In this document: positions 1-9,596 of the stretch, piece by piece | Position numbering within the stretch: position 1 is the first letter of the stretch | Layout of the letters: each line of letters begins with the position of its first letter | Assembly (NCBI RefSeq): GCF_900156745.1 | Contig: NZ_LT707065.1 | Coordinates: 5,064,086 to 5,096,085, forward strand | Direction of reading: 5' to 3' | Origin: Achromobacter sp. MFA1 R4 | Lineage (GTDB): Bacteria > Pseudomonadota > Gammaproteobacteria > Burkholderiales > Burkholderiaceae_B | DNA length: 32,000 bases | The notes under the pieces: generated by a model | The model's input: the letters and a program-made list of their open reading frames with translations, nothing else | What the model was told of the DNA's origin: nothing | Database searches by the model: none | Made by a program: the position numbers and the translations under genes

Positions 1-172
1 TCAGCGTCGCGCTGCGGGCGCTGCGGCTGAAAAGCTCGGCGCCCAGGGACGATTCCAGCTCGCCGATGCGCTTGGACAGCGAGGACACGGAAATATTCAG
101 GCGGTTCGCCGCGATGGCGAAGTTCTTGCAAGTGGCGGCCCAATAAAAGGCTTCGAGTTGCTTGAGGGTCAT
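1..172 (-). CDS. LysR-family transcriptional regulator, N-terminal HTH part (partial, continues off the left edge)
   Basis: Reverse translation from CAT at 170-172 gives MTLKQLEAFYWAATCKNFAIAANRLNISVSSLSKRIGELESSLGAELFSRSARSATL, a typical LysR winged-HTH N-terminus. It is divergent from the dehydrogenase gene at 375. Confidence 0.85.
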   Translation of the reverse strand, partial: MTLKQLEAFYWAATCKNFAIAANRLNISVSSLSKRIGELESSLGAELFSRSARSATL

Positions 173-234
173 GGCGGCGGGCTGGTCGGCGCAAAAGTCG
201 CTAAGGGTGAATAAAAGTGTAAAGACGGCAATCA

Positions 235-249
235 ATAAAGTCACTTTAT
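235..249. promoter_or_regulatory. Candidate LysR box (T-N11-A dyad) in a divergent promoter region
   Basis: ATAAAGT-C-ACTTTAT is a perfect 7-1-7 inverted repeat containing T-N11-A. It sits in an AT-rich island between the divergent LysR gene and the dehydrogenase gene. Confidence 0.45.
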
Positions 250-374
250 TCAAACGGACATGGGGCCTATAGTCTTCCGCCGTCACCACGTCACCACGTC
301 ACCACGACACCACGACACCCTGAGACCAGACCACAGCGCGGCGGCTCGCCTTGCGGGCGCTGCGAGGAGCCATC

Positions 375-1553
375 ATGCCCGACCCATTGCGCCGCATGCT
401 CAGCCTGCACGACTTCGAAGCCGCCGCCAGGAAGCGTCTGCCCAAGCCCATCCACGCGTACGTATCCGGCGCGGTCGAGGACGGCCAGTCCGAACGAGGC
501 AACCGCGAGGCATTCGTCGGGTATGCGTTCCGGCCGAAGGTGCTGGTCGACGTGTCCGCCCGCAGCACCCGCTGCACCGTGCTGGGACGGGAATACGCCG
601 CGCCCGTGGGCGTGGCGCCCATGGGGATTTCGGCGCTGTCCTGCTACCGCGGGGACATCGTGCTGGCACGCGCGGCCTTCGAGGCCTGCGTGCCGTGCAT
701 CATGAGCGGCTCGTCGCTGATCCGCCTGGAAACGGTCATGGAGGCGGCGCCCGGCACCTGGTTCCAGGCGTACCTGCCGGGCGATGACGCGCAGATCGCG
801 GCCCTGATCGACCGCGTTGCCGCCGCCGGCGTGACCACGCTGGTGCTGACGGTCGACACGCCGGTCGCGGCCAACCGCGAGAACAACGTCCGCGCGGGCT
901 TTTCCACGCCGCTGCGGCCCAGCGCGGGCCTTGCCTGGCAGGGACTGACGCATCCGCGATGGCTGTTCGGCACCTTTCTGCGCACGCTGGCGCGCCACGG
1001 CATGCCGCATTTCGAAAACAACTACGCGACGCGCGGCGCGCCCATCCTGTCGGCCAGCGTGCTGCGCGACTTCTCCGACCGGGGCCACCTGAACTGGCGG
1101 CACGTGGCGGCCATCCGGCGGCGCTGGCAGGGCCAGATGGTGTTGAAAGGCATCCTGCATCCGGACGACGCGCGGTCCGCCCGCGCGCTGGGCATGGACG
1201 CGGTCATCGTGTCCAACCACGGCGGCCGGCAACTGGACGGCAGCATGTCGCCCCTGCATGCCTTGCCGGCGATCCTGGACGCGGCGGGCGGCATGGAAGT
1301 GATGCTGGACAGCGGCGTCAGGCGCGGGTCGGACGTGCTGAAGGCCATGGCGCTGGGCGCGCGCTGCGTGTTCGTGGGGCGTCCCTTCAACTATGCGGCC
1401 GCGGTGGCCGGCCAGCGCGGCGTGGCCCACGCCATCGGCCTGATCGCCGAAGAGGTCAAGCGGAACATGGGCCTGCTGGGCGTGGTGGACCTGCGGGCGC
1501 TGGACGCCGGCTTTCTGCGGCGGGCGGGGGAGGAGGACTATCGCGCTTCGTGA
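375..1553 (+). CDS. FMN-dependent alpha-hydroxy-acid dehydrogenase (L-lactate dehydrogenase / mandelate dehydrogenase / glycolate oxidase family)
   Basis: Track ORF 351..1553. The ATG at 375 is preceded by GAGGAG (364-369). The N-terminus is LSLHDFEAAARKRLPKPIHAYVSGAVEDGQSERGNREAF and the family active-site motif VSNHGGRQLDG is present. Confidence 0.9.
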   Translation: MPDPLRRMLSLHDFEAAARKRLPKPIHAYVSGAVEDGQSERGNREAFVGYAFRPKVLVDVSARSTRCTVLGREYAAPVGVAPMGISALSCYRGDIVLARAAFEACVPCIMSGSSLIRLETVMEAAPGTWFQAYLPGDDAQIAALIDRVAAAGVTTLVLTVDTPVAANRENNVRAGFSTPLRPSAGLAWQGLTHPRWLFGTFLRTLARHGMPHFENNYATRGAPILSASVLRDFSDRGHLNWRHVAAIRRRWQGQMVLKGILHPDDARSARALGMDAVIVSNHGGRQLDGSMSPLHALPAILDAAGGMEVMLDSGVRRGSDVLKAMALGARCVFVGRPFNYAAAVAGQRGVAHAIGLIAEEVKRNMGLLGVVDLRALDAGFLRRAGEEDYRAS

Positions 1554-2446
1554 TGATCCGCCAGCGTGTCCACCACCAACTGGCGCAGCCACGTGGTGCC
1601 GGGATCGCTTTCAAAGCGCGCGTGCCAATGCACCGTGACGCACAGCCCCGGCAGCGCAATGGGCAGCGGGCGCACCTCGAACGCGTCGTCATGGTTGAAC
1701 CAGACGGCGGCGCGGTAGGGCAGCGTCACGGTCAGATCCGTGCGGCGGACGATCTCGGCCGCTGCCGAGAAGTGCGGTAGCGTCAGGTAGGGCTGGCGAT
1801 GCAGGCCGGCCTCGGCCAGCACGTCGTCGAGCAGGCGGTGCGCGCTGGCGCGCGAGGCCACCAGGATGTGGTCGAGCCGCTTGTACTGCGCGCGCGTCAG
1901 GCTTGTCGCCAGGACCGGATGGCCGCGGCGTCCCATGCAGACATAGCGTTCGCTGAAGAGATCGGCATGGCAGGTCTGGCGTCCCAGCCCCGCGAGATTG
2001 CCGATGGCAAGATCCACCGCGCCGTCCTTGAGCGCCTGTGGCAATTCCTCCAGCGGCACTTCGCGGACCTCGATCCGCAGGCGCGGCGCCTGCGCGTGCA
2101 CGCGCTCCATGATCGGCGGCAGAAACACCATTTCACCGATATCCGACATCGACAGTTGAAAGCGCCGCGTGCTGGTGGCGGGCTCGAAGCGCAGGCGCAG
2201 GCTGACCGCTTCGGCAAAGCTGTTCATGCCGCGTTCGATGGGGTCGGCCAGCGCAAACGCGATCGGCGTCGGCTGCATGCCGGATGGCGTGCGCAGGAAT
2301 AGCGGATCGCCGAATTGTTCGCGCAGCCGCCCCAGCGCGTAGCTCACGGCGGGCTGGGTCAGGTTCAGCCGTTGGGCGGCCCGCGTCACGCTGCGCTCTT
2401 GCAACACGGTCAGGAAAACCCGCATGAGATTCAGGTCCAGTTCCAT
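1538..2446 (-). CDS. LysR-family transcriptional regulator
   Basis: Track ORF 1538..2464. The likely start is MELDLNLMRVFLTVLQERSVTRAAQRLNLTQPAVSYALGRLREQFGDPLF (CAT 2444-2446). It has a LysR HTH and a substrate-binding region, and is divergent from the acyl-CoA synthetase operon. Confidence 0.9.
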   Translation of the reverse strand: MELDLNLMRVFLTVLQERSVTRAAQRLNLTQPAVSYALGRLREQFGDPLFLRTPSGMQPTPIAFALADPIERGMNSFAEAVSLRLRFEPATSTRRFQLSMSDIGEMVFLPPIMERVHAQAPRLRIEVREVPLEELPQALKDGAVDLAIGNLAGLGRQTCHADLFSERYVCMGRRGHPVLATSLTRAQYKRLDHILVASRASAHRLLDDVLAEAGLHRQPYLTLPHFSAAAEIVRRTDLTVTLPYRAAVWFNHDDAFEVRPLPIALPGLCVTVHWHARFESDPGTTWLRQLVVDTLADHHEAR

Positions 2447-2470
2447 GCATGCCCTTGATATCAATGGCGT

Positions 2471-2485
2471 TTATAAGGCGAATAA
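2471..2485. promoter_or_regulatory. Candidate LysR box (TTAT-N7-ATAA, T-N11-A)
   Basis: The dyad TTATAAGGCGAATAA lies in the AT-rich divergent intergenic region between the LysR gene (start 2446) and the acyl-CoA synthetase gene (start 2584). Confidence 0.35.
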
Positions 2486-2583
2486 TACCCATAAATTTGA
2501 CACATAAATAGTTGATTCCTAGACTAAATCCAGAAGGCTGCGGGGCCGTCTGGCCGCAGCCGCACAACAGGGGAAGCGTCGCC

Positions 2584-4164
2584 ATGCAAGCGTTGACATT
2601 GCCGTCGTTGTTGCGGGAACAGGGCGCCCGCCTGGGCGATCGGCTGTGGGTGCAGGCGCCTGGCGGCAGCTTGCGATATGCGGATGCGCCCGCACTGGCG
2701 GCGCACTGGGCGGCGCGCCTGGCGTCGGCCGGGATCCGGCGTGGCGACCGCGTCGGCCTGATGGCCGGGAACCGCATTGAATTCCTATCGGTGGTGCTGG
2801 GCTGCGGCTGGCTGGGCGCCGTGGTGGTGCCGATCAACACCGCGTCGCGTGGCATGCAGTTGCAGCACATCCTGGCCAATAGCGGCTGCACACTGGTCGT
2901 GGCGGACGCCGCAAGCTGTCCGGTTTTGGCGGCGCTGGAAAGTTGGCCGCAGGCCCTGGTCCGCGTCTGGGTGCTGGACGAGGACGCGGATGCGGTGTCG
3001 CTGCCCGCAGCGGTGGAGGCGCCGCCCGCCGAGCCTGAACAAGAGCCTGAACAAGGTATGCCGGCAGCGGACATCCAGCCCGGCGAGACGCTTGCCATCC
3101 TCTACACGTCGGGAACGTCTGGTCTGTCCAAGGGCGTGTGCTGCCCGCACGCGCAGTTCTACTGGTGGGGCAGGATCGCGGCGCGCAATCTGGAAATCAC
3201 ACAGGACGATATTCTCTACACCAGCCTGCCGCTCTTTCACACCAATGCGCTGAACGCCTGTTTCCAGGCGCTGGTGACCGGCGCCAGCATCGTCTGCGAC
3301 GAACGCTTTTCCGCCAGCCGCTATTTCGACCGGCTGACGGCCTGCGGCGCGACCGTGACCTATCTGCTTGGCGCAATGGTGCCGATGCTGCTGGCCCAGG
3401 AGCGGACCGGCGCCGAGCGCCAGCACCGCACGCGCATCGCCCTGGCGCCTGGCGTGCCGGAACGCTTCCATTCAGCCTTCGCCGAGCGCACGGGCATTGC
3501 CTTGCTTGAGGGCTACGGGTCCACGGAGACCAACTTCGCGCTCGGCGGCACGCTGGCGGAGCAGCGCGCCGGCTGCATGGGGCGCGTCGCGCCGGAGTTC
3601 GACGCCATGGTGGCCGACGCGCAGGATGCACCGGTGCCGGACGGTCAGCCCGGAGAACTGCTGCTGCGCGCGCGTCCGCCCTTCGCCATCGCGACGGGCT
3701 ATTTCGGGATGGACGACAAGACCGTGCAAGCCTGGCGCAACCTGTGGTTCCACACGGGCGACAGGGTGCTGCGGGATGCCGACGGCTACTACCGTTTCCT
3801 GGACCGCATGAAGGACGCGATCCGCAGGCGGGGCGAGAACATCTCGTCCTTTGAAGTGGAGCAGGTGCTGCAGGCGCATCCCGCCGTGGCCGCCGCCGCC
3901 GTGTATGCCGTGCAATCCGAATTGGCCGAGGATGAGGTCATGGCCGCACTCGTCTACAAGACCGGCCAGGCCATCACGCCGCAGGCGCTCCTCGATTTCT
4001 GCCAGCCGCGCATGCCGTATTTCGCCGTGCCGCGCTACTTGCGCGTCGTGGACGATCTGCCGCGCACCGAGAACGGCAAGGTCCGCAAGTTCCGCTTGCG
4101 GGAGGAAGGCATCACCGGCGACACCTGGGACCGGGACGCCGCCGGTTATCGCGTGGCGCGCTAG
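2584..4164 (+). CDS. AMP-dependent synthetase/ligase (acyl-CoA synthetase family)
   Basis: Track ORF 2512..4164. The ATG at 2584 (MQALTLPSLL) follows AGGGGA. It has the AMP-binding signature LYTSGTSGLSKGV and a C-terminal PRTENGKVRK motif. Confidence 0.9.
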   Translation: MQALTLPSLLREQGARLGDRLWVQAPGGSLRYADAPALAAHWAARLASAGIRRGDRVGLMAGNRIEFLSVVLGCGWLGAVVVPINTASRGMQLQHILANSGCTLVVADAASCPVLAALESWPQALVRVWVLDEDADAVSLPAAVEAPPAEPEQEPEQGMPAADIQPGETLAILYTSGTSGLSKGVCCPHAQFYWWGRIAARNLEITQDDILYTSLPLFHTNALNACFQALVTGASIVCDERFSASRYFDRLTACGATVTYLLGAMVPMLLAQERTGAERQHRTRIALAPGVPERFHSAFAERTGIALLEGYGSTETNFALGGTLAEQRAGCMGRVAPEFDAMVADAQDAPVPDGQPGELLLRARPPFAIATGYFGMDDKTVQAWRNLWFHTGDRVLRDADGYYRFLDRMKDAIRRRGENISSFEVEQVLQAHPAVAAAAVYAVQSELAEDEVMAALVYKTGQAITPQALLDFCQPRMPYFAVPRYLRVVDDLPRTENGKVRKFRLREEGITGDTWDRDAAGYRVAR

Positions 4165-4201
4165 GCGCCATTTGATCCATTCAGACAGACAAGGGGCGGC
4201 A

Positions 4202-5515
4202 ATGACGATGGCATACAAGGGGACGGCGGTGTCCGCCGGCGACGATGCGCGCAGAAAGCGCACGCGGCGTGTCGTGATGGCCTCCATCGCGGGCAACGCG
4301 ATGGAGTGGTACGACTTTTTCATTTACGGCACCGCGGCCGCGCTGGTGTTTGGCGAGCTCTTCTTTCCCAAGGGCACCGACCCGCTGCTGGGCACGATGG
4401 GCGCCTTCGCGGGCTTTGCGGTGGGCTTTCTGGCGCGGCCGCTGGGCGGCGTCATCTTCGGCCACATCGGCGACCGCTACGGCCGCAAGCTGGCGCTGGA
4501 ATGGACCCTGGGCCTGATGGGCGCGGCAACGTTCCTGATCGGGCTGCTGCCGACCTACGAACAGATCGGCGTCTGGGCGCCGGTGGCGATGGTGGTGCTG
4601 CGCATCCTGCAGGGCGCGGCGGCGGGCGGAGAGTGGGGCGGCGGCGTGCTGCTGATCAGCGAGGCGGTGGGGGGCAAGCGCCGCGGCTACTTTTCGTCGT
4701 TCAGCCAGTTGGGCGTCGCGGGCGGCTTCGTGCTGTCCTCCGGCGTGTTCATGCTGGCGCAGCAACTGCCGCAGGAGGCGTTCATGAGCTGGGGGTGGCG
4801 CCTGCCTTTCATCCTGAGCGTGCTGATCTTCGGCGTGGGGCTGTACATCCGCAAGCACATCCCGGAAAGCGAAGAGTTCGTGCAGGCGACCAAGACGGCC
4901 AAGCGCGGCATGCCGGCCGTGGAGGTGTTCCGGCGCTATCCGCGGCAGGTCTTCACCGCGATGGGCCTGCGTGTCGCGGAAAACGGCGGGTCTTACATCT
5001 TTCTGGCCTTTGCGCTGGCGTATGGCAAGTTCCTGGGCATCCCCAATGACGTCATGCTGGGCGGCGTGCTGCTCTCCATGTTCATCGAACTGGGAACCCT
5101 GGTGTGGTTCGGCCACCTTTCCGACCGCATCGGACGCCGCACCGTCTATCTGATCGGGTCGGTGGGCTTGATGCTGGTGGCCTTTCCGTTTTTCTGGATG
5201 GTGCAGACCAAGGCGCCGCTGTGGATCTTTCTTGCGTTCTTCCTGGGCAATACCGTCTGCCACGCGGCCATGATCGGGACCCAGCCCGCGTACTTCGCGG
5301 AGCTGTTCCCGGCCGAGGTCCGCTACACGGGGCTGGCCCTGGGCCACGAACTGGCGTCCGTGTTCGCGGGGGGACTGTCGCCGCTGATCGCCATGGCGCT
5401 GCTGCGCAAATATGAGTCGGCCACGCCGGTGGCGTGGTTCCTGGTCGGCATGGCGGCCGTCACGGTGGTCACGTTGTTGCTCACGCGCGAACCCAACCGG
5501 CAGGCCGAGGCATGA
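4202..5515 (+). CDS. MFS transporter, metabolite:H+ symporter (MHS) family
   Basis: The ATG at 4202 (MTMAYKG) follows AAGGGG. It contains GNAMEWYDFFIYG and GHIGDRYGRK motifs and has multiple hydrophobic segments. The track ORF start at 3851 is an off-target extension inside the upstream gene. Confidence 0.9.
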   Translation: MTMAYKGTAVSAGDDARRKRTRRVVMASIAGNAMEWYDFFIYGTAAALVFGELFFPKGTDPLLGTMGAFAGFAVGFLARPLGGVIFGHIGDRYGRKLALEWTLGLMGAATFLIGLLPTYEQIGVWAPVAMVVLRILQGAAAGGEWGGGVLLISEAVGGKRRGYFSSFSQLGVAGGFVLSSGVFMLAQQLPQEAFMSWGWRLPFILSVLIFGVGLYIRKHIPESEEFVQATKTAKRGMPAVEVFRRYPRQVFTAMGLRVAENGGSYIFLAFALAYGKFLGIPNDVMLGGVLLSMFIELGTLVWFGHLSDRIGRRTVYLIGSVGLMLVAFPFFWMVQTKAPLWIFLAFFLGNTVCHAAMIGTQPAYFAELFPAEVRYTGLALGHELASVFAGGLSPLIAMALLRKYESATPVAWFLVGMAAVTVVTLLLTREPNRQAEA

Positions 5516-6666
5516 GGGCGGATCCGGATCGCGGTCCCGGCGTGGTCGGCGTGGGCGAAACGCCCTCGCTACGCCATCCCGGCCCCGATTGCTCCACGGC
5601 GGCGCTGATGGCCCAGGCCATCCGGGAGGCGCTGGCCAGCGCCGGTCTTACGCCCGCGCAAGTGGACGGGCTGGGGGTGGCATCCTTCACGCTGCGTCCG
5701 GATCGGGCGATCGACCTGGGCTGGCGTCTGGGATTGCGCCTGAAATGGTGCATGCAGGACGAGATGGGCGGAGCCGGCGCGATCAATATGCTGCGCCACG
5801 CCTGGCTGGCCTTGCAGGCGGGCCAGGCCGAGACCATAGTGCTGGTGGCCGGCGACCACTTCGCGGAAGCCGACTTTGCGGCGCTCGTGCGCGGATACAA
5901 CCGCAGCGCCCAGGACTATCTGAGCCCGCTGGGCTGCGCGGGGCCGAACCCGCTTTTCGCGATGCTGACGCAGCGCCAGATGGCCCGCACAGGCCTGCAG
6001 CGCGAAGACTACGGCCGCCTGTGCGTTGCGCAGCGCGCCTGGGCGTCGGCCAATCCAAACGCGGCGTACAGGCAACCGCTGACGCTGGCGCAATACCTTG
6101 ATGCCCCCATGGTGGCGCCGCCGCTGGGGCGGCTGGACTGCGTGCCGGTCGTCAGCGGAGCCAGCGCGCTGGTGCTGCGCGCGCGGCCCGAAGGCGTCCG
6201 GGTGCGGCTGCTGGCGAGCGACGCGCGCTACAACTGGGATCAGCAGGAGGGCGACGGCCTGCAGACGGGCATAGCCGACTTCGCGCAGGCGCTCTGGCGG
6301 CAGGCAGGGGTGGGGCCGCAGGACATGGACGTGATCAGCGTCTATGACGACTATCCCGCGATGGCGTTGGCGCAGCTTTGCGATCTGGGCATCGCCAACG
6401 ACGCCGACCTTCCGGGTTTCATCGCGCGCCGGATCGCTTCGCGGGCGTTGCCGGTCAATACGGCGGGCGGTCAGTTGTCGGCGGGGCAGGCGGGCACGGC
6501 GGGCGGCATGCACGGCCTGGTGGAGGTCGCGCGCCAGTTGCTGGGCCGCGCGCAGGGGCGGCAATTGGACGGCGCGCGGTTTGGCGTTGCAACGGGCTAT
6601 GGCATGGTGCAGCTGCGATATGGCATGTGCGCGAACGCCGCCGTGCTGGCGAGGGAAGAGGCATGA
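5512..6666 (+). CDS. Thiolase-like protein (SCP-x / non-canonical thiolase that partners with DUF35)
   Basis: The start ATG at 5512 overlaps the MFS stop (ATGA). The N-terminus GVVGVGETPSLRHPGPDCSTAALMAQAIREALASAGLTPAQVDGLGV is typical of thiolase-fold proteins. It is followed by a DUF35 gene. Confidence 0.8.
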   Translation: MRADPDRGPGVVGVGETPSLRHPGPDCSTAALMAQAIREALASAGLTPAQVDGLGVASFTLRPDRAIDLGWRLGLRLKWCMQDEMGGAGAINMLRHAWLALQAGQAETIVLVAGDHFAEADFAALVRGYNRSAQDYLSPLGCAGPNPLFAMLTQRQMARTGLQREDYGRLCVAQRAWASANPNAAYRQPLTLAQYLDAPMVAPPLGRLDCVPVVSGASALVLRARPEGVRVRLLASDARYNWDQQEGDGLQTGIADFAQALWRQAGVGPQDMDVISVYDDYPAMALAQLCDLGIANDADLPGFIARRIASRALPVNTAGGQLSAGQAGTAGGMHGLVEVARQLLGRAQGRQLDGARFGVATGYGMVQLRYGMCANAAVLAREEA

Positions 6667-6977
6667 GCGTCCAGATCAGCCAATGCAGCGCCTGCGGGCA
6701 TCGGGTTTTTCCAGCGCGCCTCTGGTGCCCGGCCTGCGGACACGACCGGATGCATTCCGCGCCGGTGCAAGCGGCGCAGATCCAGGCTTGGACGGTGGCT
6801 CCGGCGCAGGGCTCGGCGCCGCCCGCCGTCGTCGCGACCGTGCGCGCGTTGCCTGACGGCCCTGTCCTGGTCGTCAGGCTTGAAGCCGCGCCGTCGCGGA
6901 TCGGACAGCGGGTCGACCTGTTTGAGCGTTCGATGCAGGGACAGCGATTGCCCTGGGCGCGCATCGTGCCGGACTGA
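6663..6977 (+). CDS. DUF35-type Zn-ribbon/OB-fold protein (thiolase partner)
   Basis: The start ATG at 6663 overlaps the thiolase stop (ATGA). CSACGHRVFPARLWCPACG is the rubredoxin-like CxxC..CxxC ribbon typical of DUF35 proteins. Confidence 0.75.
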   Translation: MSVQISQCSACGHRVFPARLWCPACGHDRMHSAPVQAAQIQAWTVAPAQGSAPPAVVATVRALPDGPVLVVRLEAAPSRIGQRVDLFERSMQGQRLPWARIVPD

Positions 6978-6986
6978 CATCCTCGG

Positions 6987-7844
6987 CTACTTGCTGGCCT
7001 TCGCCGGTACGGGTTGCCCGCCCGCGCTGCCCAGCGCGTCCAGACGCTGGGCTAGGGTTGCCGCCGACAATTCCCCCACGCGCAGGTCCACCAGCCGTCC
7101 GCCGGCATCCAGGAACAGCGTGGCCGGCAGCCCGCGATTGCTGAACTTGCGCGAGGCGTCGCTGGCCGGGTCCCGCAGCACATTCCGAAGGCCGGGGGCA
7201 TGTTGCCGCAGATACTGCAGGATCTCGGGGCTGGCCTCGCCCTGGTTCAAAAAGACGAAGTGCACGTCGGGGCGGCTGGCCTGCGCCTGCGCGAACGCGG
7301 GCATTTCGCGGCGGCACGGCGGGCACCAGCTTGCCCACAGATTGACGACGACGGGCCTGCCCTGAAAGGCGGCCAGCCCGGCTGGGACGCCGTTCAGGTC
7401 CTGGAGCGTCAGCGCCGCGAGCGCGGGCTGCGCCTGGCCCTCGGGGGCCAGCATCCGGCCGCCTGCCAGCCATGCCACGCTGGCCAGGGCCAGGGCCCCC
7501 AACACGGCCGGGCGGCGAGCGCCGCGCCGCAGCATGGCGACCACCGCATAGATCCAGCCGATCGCCAGGCCCGTCATGCCCGCCCAGCCGCCGTCGCGCA
7601 CGTCCAGGATGGACAGCGGATCCTGCGCGAACAGGTCCCGGTACTGCCAGACGAACCCCAGCCGGGCGGCCACCAGCCCGGCAATGAGGGCGCGCCACAG
7701 GACGCCCGACGCGTCCGCGCCGGGCCTGTCCCGGGCCGGACGGTCCAGGAGGCGCGCGGCCAGCAGGCCGAGGGCCACCGCGGCGGCGAGCACCGCCAGT
7801 TCGGCGGGAAAGACCAGGGGACCAAGACGAATGGCGGGCGACAT
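6987..7844 (-). CDS. TlpA/ResA-family thiol:disulfide oxidoreductase with N-terminal membrane domain
   Basis: The start is MSPAIRLGPLVF (CAT 7842-7844), with GGAG 5 nt upstream on the minus strand. There are hydrophobic N-terminal helices followed by the thioredoxin motif NLWASWCPPCRREMP. The track ORF extension to 8372 is antisense to the next gene. Confidence 0.85.
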   Translation of the reverse strand: MSPAIRLGPLVFPAELAVLAAAVALGLLAARLLDRPARDRPGADASGVLWRALIAGLVAARLGFVWQYRDLFAQDPLSILDVRDGGWAGMTGLAIGWIYAVVAMLRRGARRPAVLGALALASVAWLAGGRMLAPEGQAQPALAALTLQDLNGVPAGLAAFQGRPVVVNLWASWCPPCRREMPAFAQAQASRPDVHFVFLNQGEASPEILQYLRQHAPGLRNVLRDPASDASRKFSNRGLPATLFLDAGGRLVDLRVGELSAATLAQRLDALGSAGGQPVPAKASK

Positions 7845-8022
7845 GCGGACTCCGGGCGGGGAAGGGCGCCAGCCTAGCATGGCGGGGGCGTCCGCCAGGC
7901 GGACGCAGCCCGGGACAGGGCGCGCGCCGGCACTTCCCGGCGAGGAGGCTAAAATACCGCCTCGCGGCTTATGCCCGTCTTTCCGGCATTCTTCACTCCT
8001 CGCGCCTCGCGCACCCACAACG

Positions 8023-8814
8023 ATGAAAAAACTGACTGCTGTACTTCTTGTGTCCGCAACCACGCTGCTCACGGCCTGCGGTCCCGGCGACAAGGCGCCC
8101 GCCGCGGGCGCCCAGGCGCCGGCCACCCCCAAGAAGGTCGTCGTCGGTCTGGACGACAACTTCCCGCCCATGGGATTCCGGGACGCCAGCAACCAGATCG
8201 TCGGCTTTGACATCGACATGGCCAAGGAAGCCAGCAAGCGCCTGGGCATCGAAGTGGAATTCAAGCCCATCGACTGGAGCGCCAAGGAAGCCGAACTGAA
8301 CGGCAAGCGCGTCGATGTGCTGTGGAACGGCCTGACCATCACCGAAGAGCGCAAGAAGAACATCAGCTTCACCGCGCCCTACATGGCCAACCACCAGATC
8401 ATCATCGTGGGCAACACCTCGCCCATCAAGGTCAAGAATGACCTGGCCGGCAAGGTCATCGGCGCGCAGGATGGCAGCAGCGCCACCGACGCCATCGCCA
8501 AGGACCCCGTGGCCGCCCAGATCAAGGAAGTCAAGAAGTTCGGCGACAACGTCACGGCGCTGATGGACCTGGCCGCCGGCCGCCTGGACGCCATCGTCGT
8601 CGACGAGGTCGTGGGTCGTTACCTGATCAGCAAGCGCGCGGGCGAATACCGCGTGCTGGAAGAGAACTTCGGCACGGAAGACTACGGTGTCGGCGTACGC
8701 AAGGACGACACCGAACTGCTCGCCAAGCTGGACAAGACGCTGGATTCGATGAAGCAGGACGGCACCGCCGGCCGCATCGCCACCCAGTGGTTCGGCGCCA
8801 ACATCATCAAGTAA
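8023..8814 (+). CDS. Amino-acid ABC transporter substrate-binding lipoprotein (PAAT family)
   Basis: MKKLTAVLLVSATTLLTACGP carries a signal peptide with lipobox LTAC. The type-3 SBP core includes GFDIDMAKEASKRLG and WNGLTITEERKK. The track ORF start at 7576 is rejected. Confidence 0.9.
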   Translation: MKKLTAVLLVSATTLLTACGPGDKAPAAGAQAPATPKKVVVGLDDNFPPMGFRDASNQIVGFDIDMAKEASKRLGIEVEFKPIDWSAKEAELNGKRVDVLWNGLTITEERKKNISFTAPYMANHQIIIVGNTSPIKVKNDLAGKVIGAQDGSSATDAIAKDPVAAQIKEVKKFGDNVTALMDLAAGRLDAIVVDEVVGRYLISKRAGEYRVLEENFGTEDYGVGVRKDDTELLAKLDKTLDSMKQDGTAGRIATQWFGANIIK

Positions 8815-8942
8815 GCGCTAAGGCGCCCGCGGCCAGCCGGCCGGGGCGCCATGGCGTTGCAGTCCGCAGCCCGCCGCCGCGCCGCGAGGCCAGGCGGGCT
8901 TGCCCCTGATTTCCACTTGCCCCCGCGGCGCGAACCCACTGC

Positions 8943-9596
8943 ATGGACTACGTACTCTCCCTTCTGGGGCCCTTGGCGCAAGGCGCGAAAGTGACCTTGA
9001 CGCTGTTTTTCATCACGCTGGCGCTCGCGGTGCCGCTGGGCCTGGTGCTGGCCCTGGCGCGCATCTCGAAGTGGCCGCTGCTGAGCCGTGCGGTCAATGG
9101 CTATATCTGGCTGATGCGCGGCACGCCGCTCATGCTCCAGATGCTGTTCATCTACTTCGCGCTGCCGTTCGTGCCGGTAATCGGGATCCGGCTGCCTGAC
9201 TTCCCGGCCGCGGTCGTCGCGTTCGCCCTGAATTACGCGGCGTACTTCGCCGAGATCTTCCGGGCCGGCATCCAGTCGGTGGACCGCGGGCAGTACGAAG
9301 GCAGCAAGGTGCTGGGCATGACGTACCTGCAGACGCTGCGCCGCATCGTATTGCCGCAGATGGTCCAGCGTGTGCTGCCGCCCATGAGCAACGAGACCAT
9401 CACCCTGGTCAAGGACACCTCGCTCATCTACGTGCTGGCGCTCAACGACATCCTGCGCACGGCGCGGGGCATCGTGCAGCGCGACTTCACGACCACGCCG
9501 TTCCTCGTCGCCGCCGCCTTCTATCTGTTGATGACGCTGCTCCTGACGTGGTTCTTCCAGCACATGGAAAAGCGCTATGCCAAATATGACCAGTAA
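8943..9596 (+). CDS. Amino-acid ABC transporter permease (His/Glu/Gln/Arg/opine family)
   Basis: 217 aa with five hydrophobic segments and the EAA-like region [27 protein letters not shown]. Confidence 0.9.
   Translation: MDYVLSLLGPLAQGAKVTLTLFFITLALAVPLGLVLALARISKWPLLSRAVNGYIWLMRGTPLMLQMLFIYFALPFVPVIGIRLPDFPAAVVAFALNYAAYFAEIFRAGIQSVDRGQYEGSKVLGMTYLQTLRRIVLPQMVQRVLPPMSNETITLVKDTSLIYVLALNDILRTARGIVQRDFTTTPFLVAAAFYLLMTLLLTWFFQHMEKRYAKYDQ

Noticed and set aside
291-1592. 433-aa minus-strand ORF and several 100-270-aa ORFs in 260-1780
   Set aside because: They are antisense or off-frame to the well-supported FMN dehydrogenase gene and have Arg/Ala/Gly/Pro-rich low-complexity translations.
3851-4201. 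N-terminal extensions offered by the ORF track (MFS from 3851, SBP from 7576, TlpA to 8372, porin from 16556, icd to 13841, DUF1624 from 15816, rhs from TTG 18440)
   Set aside because: The extensions overlap neighbouring genes or intergenic sequence. They lack family similarity, and internal starts with SD sequences or signal peptides give proteins of the expected length.
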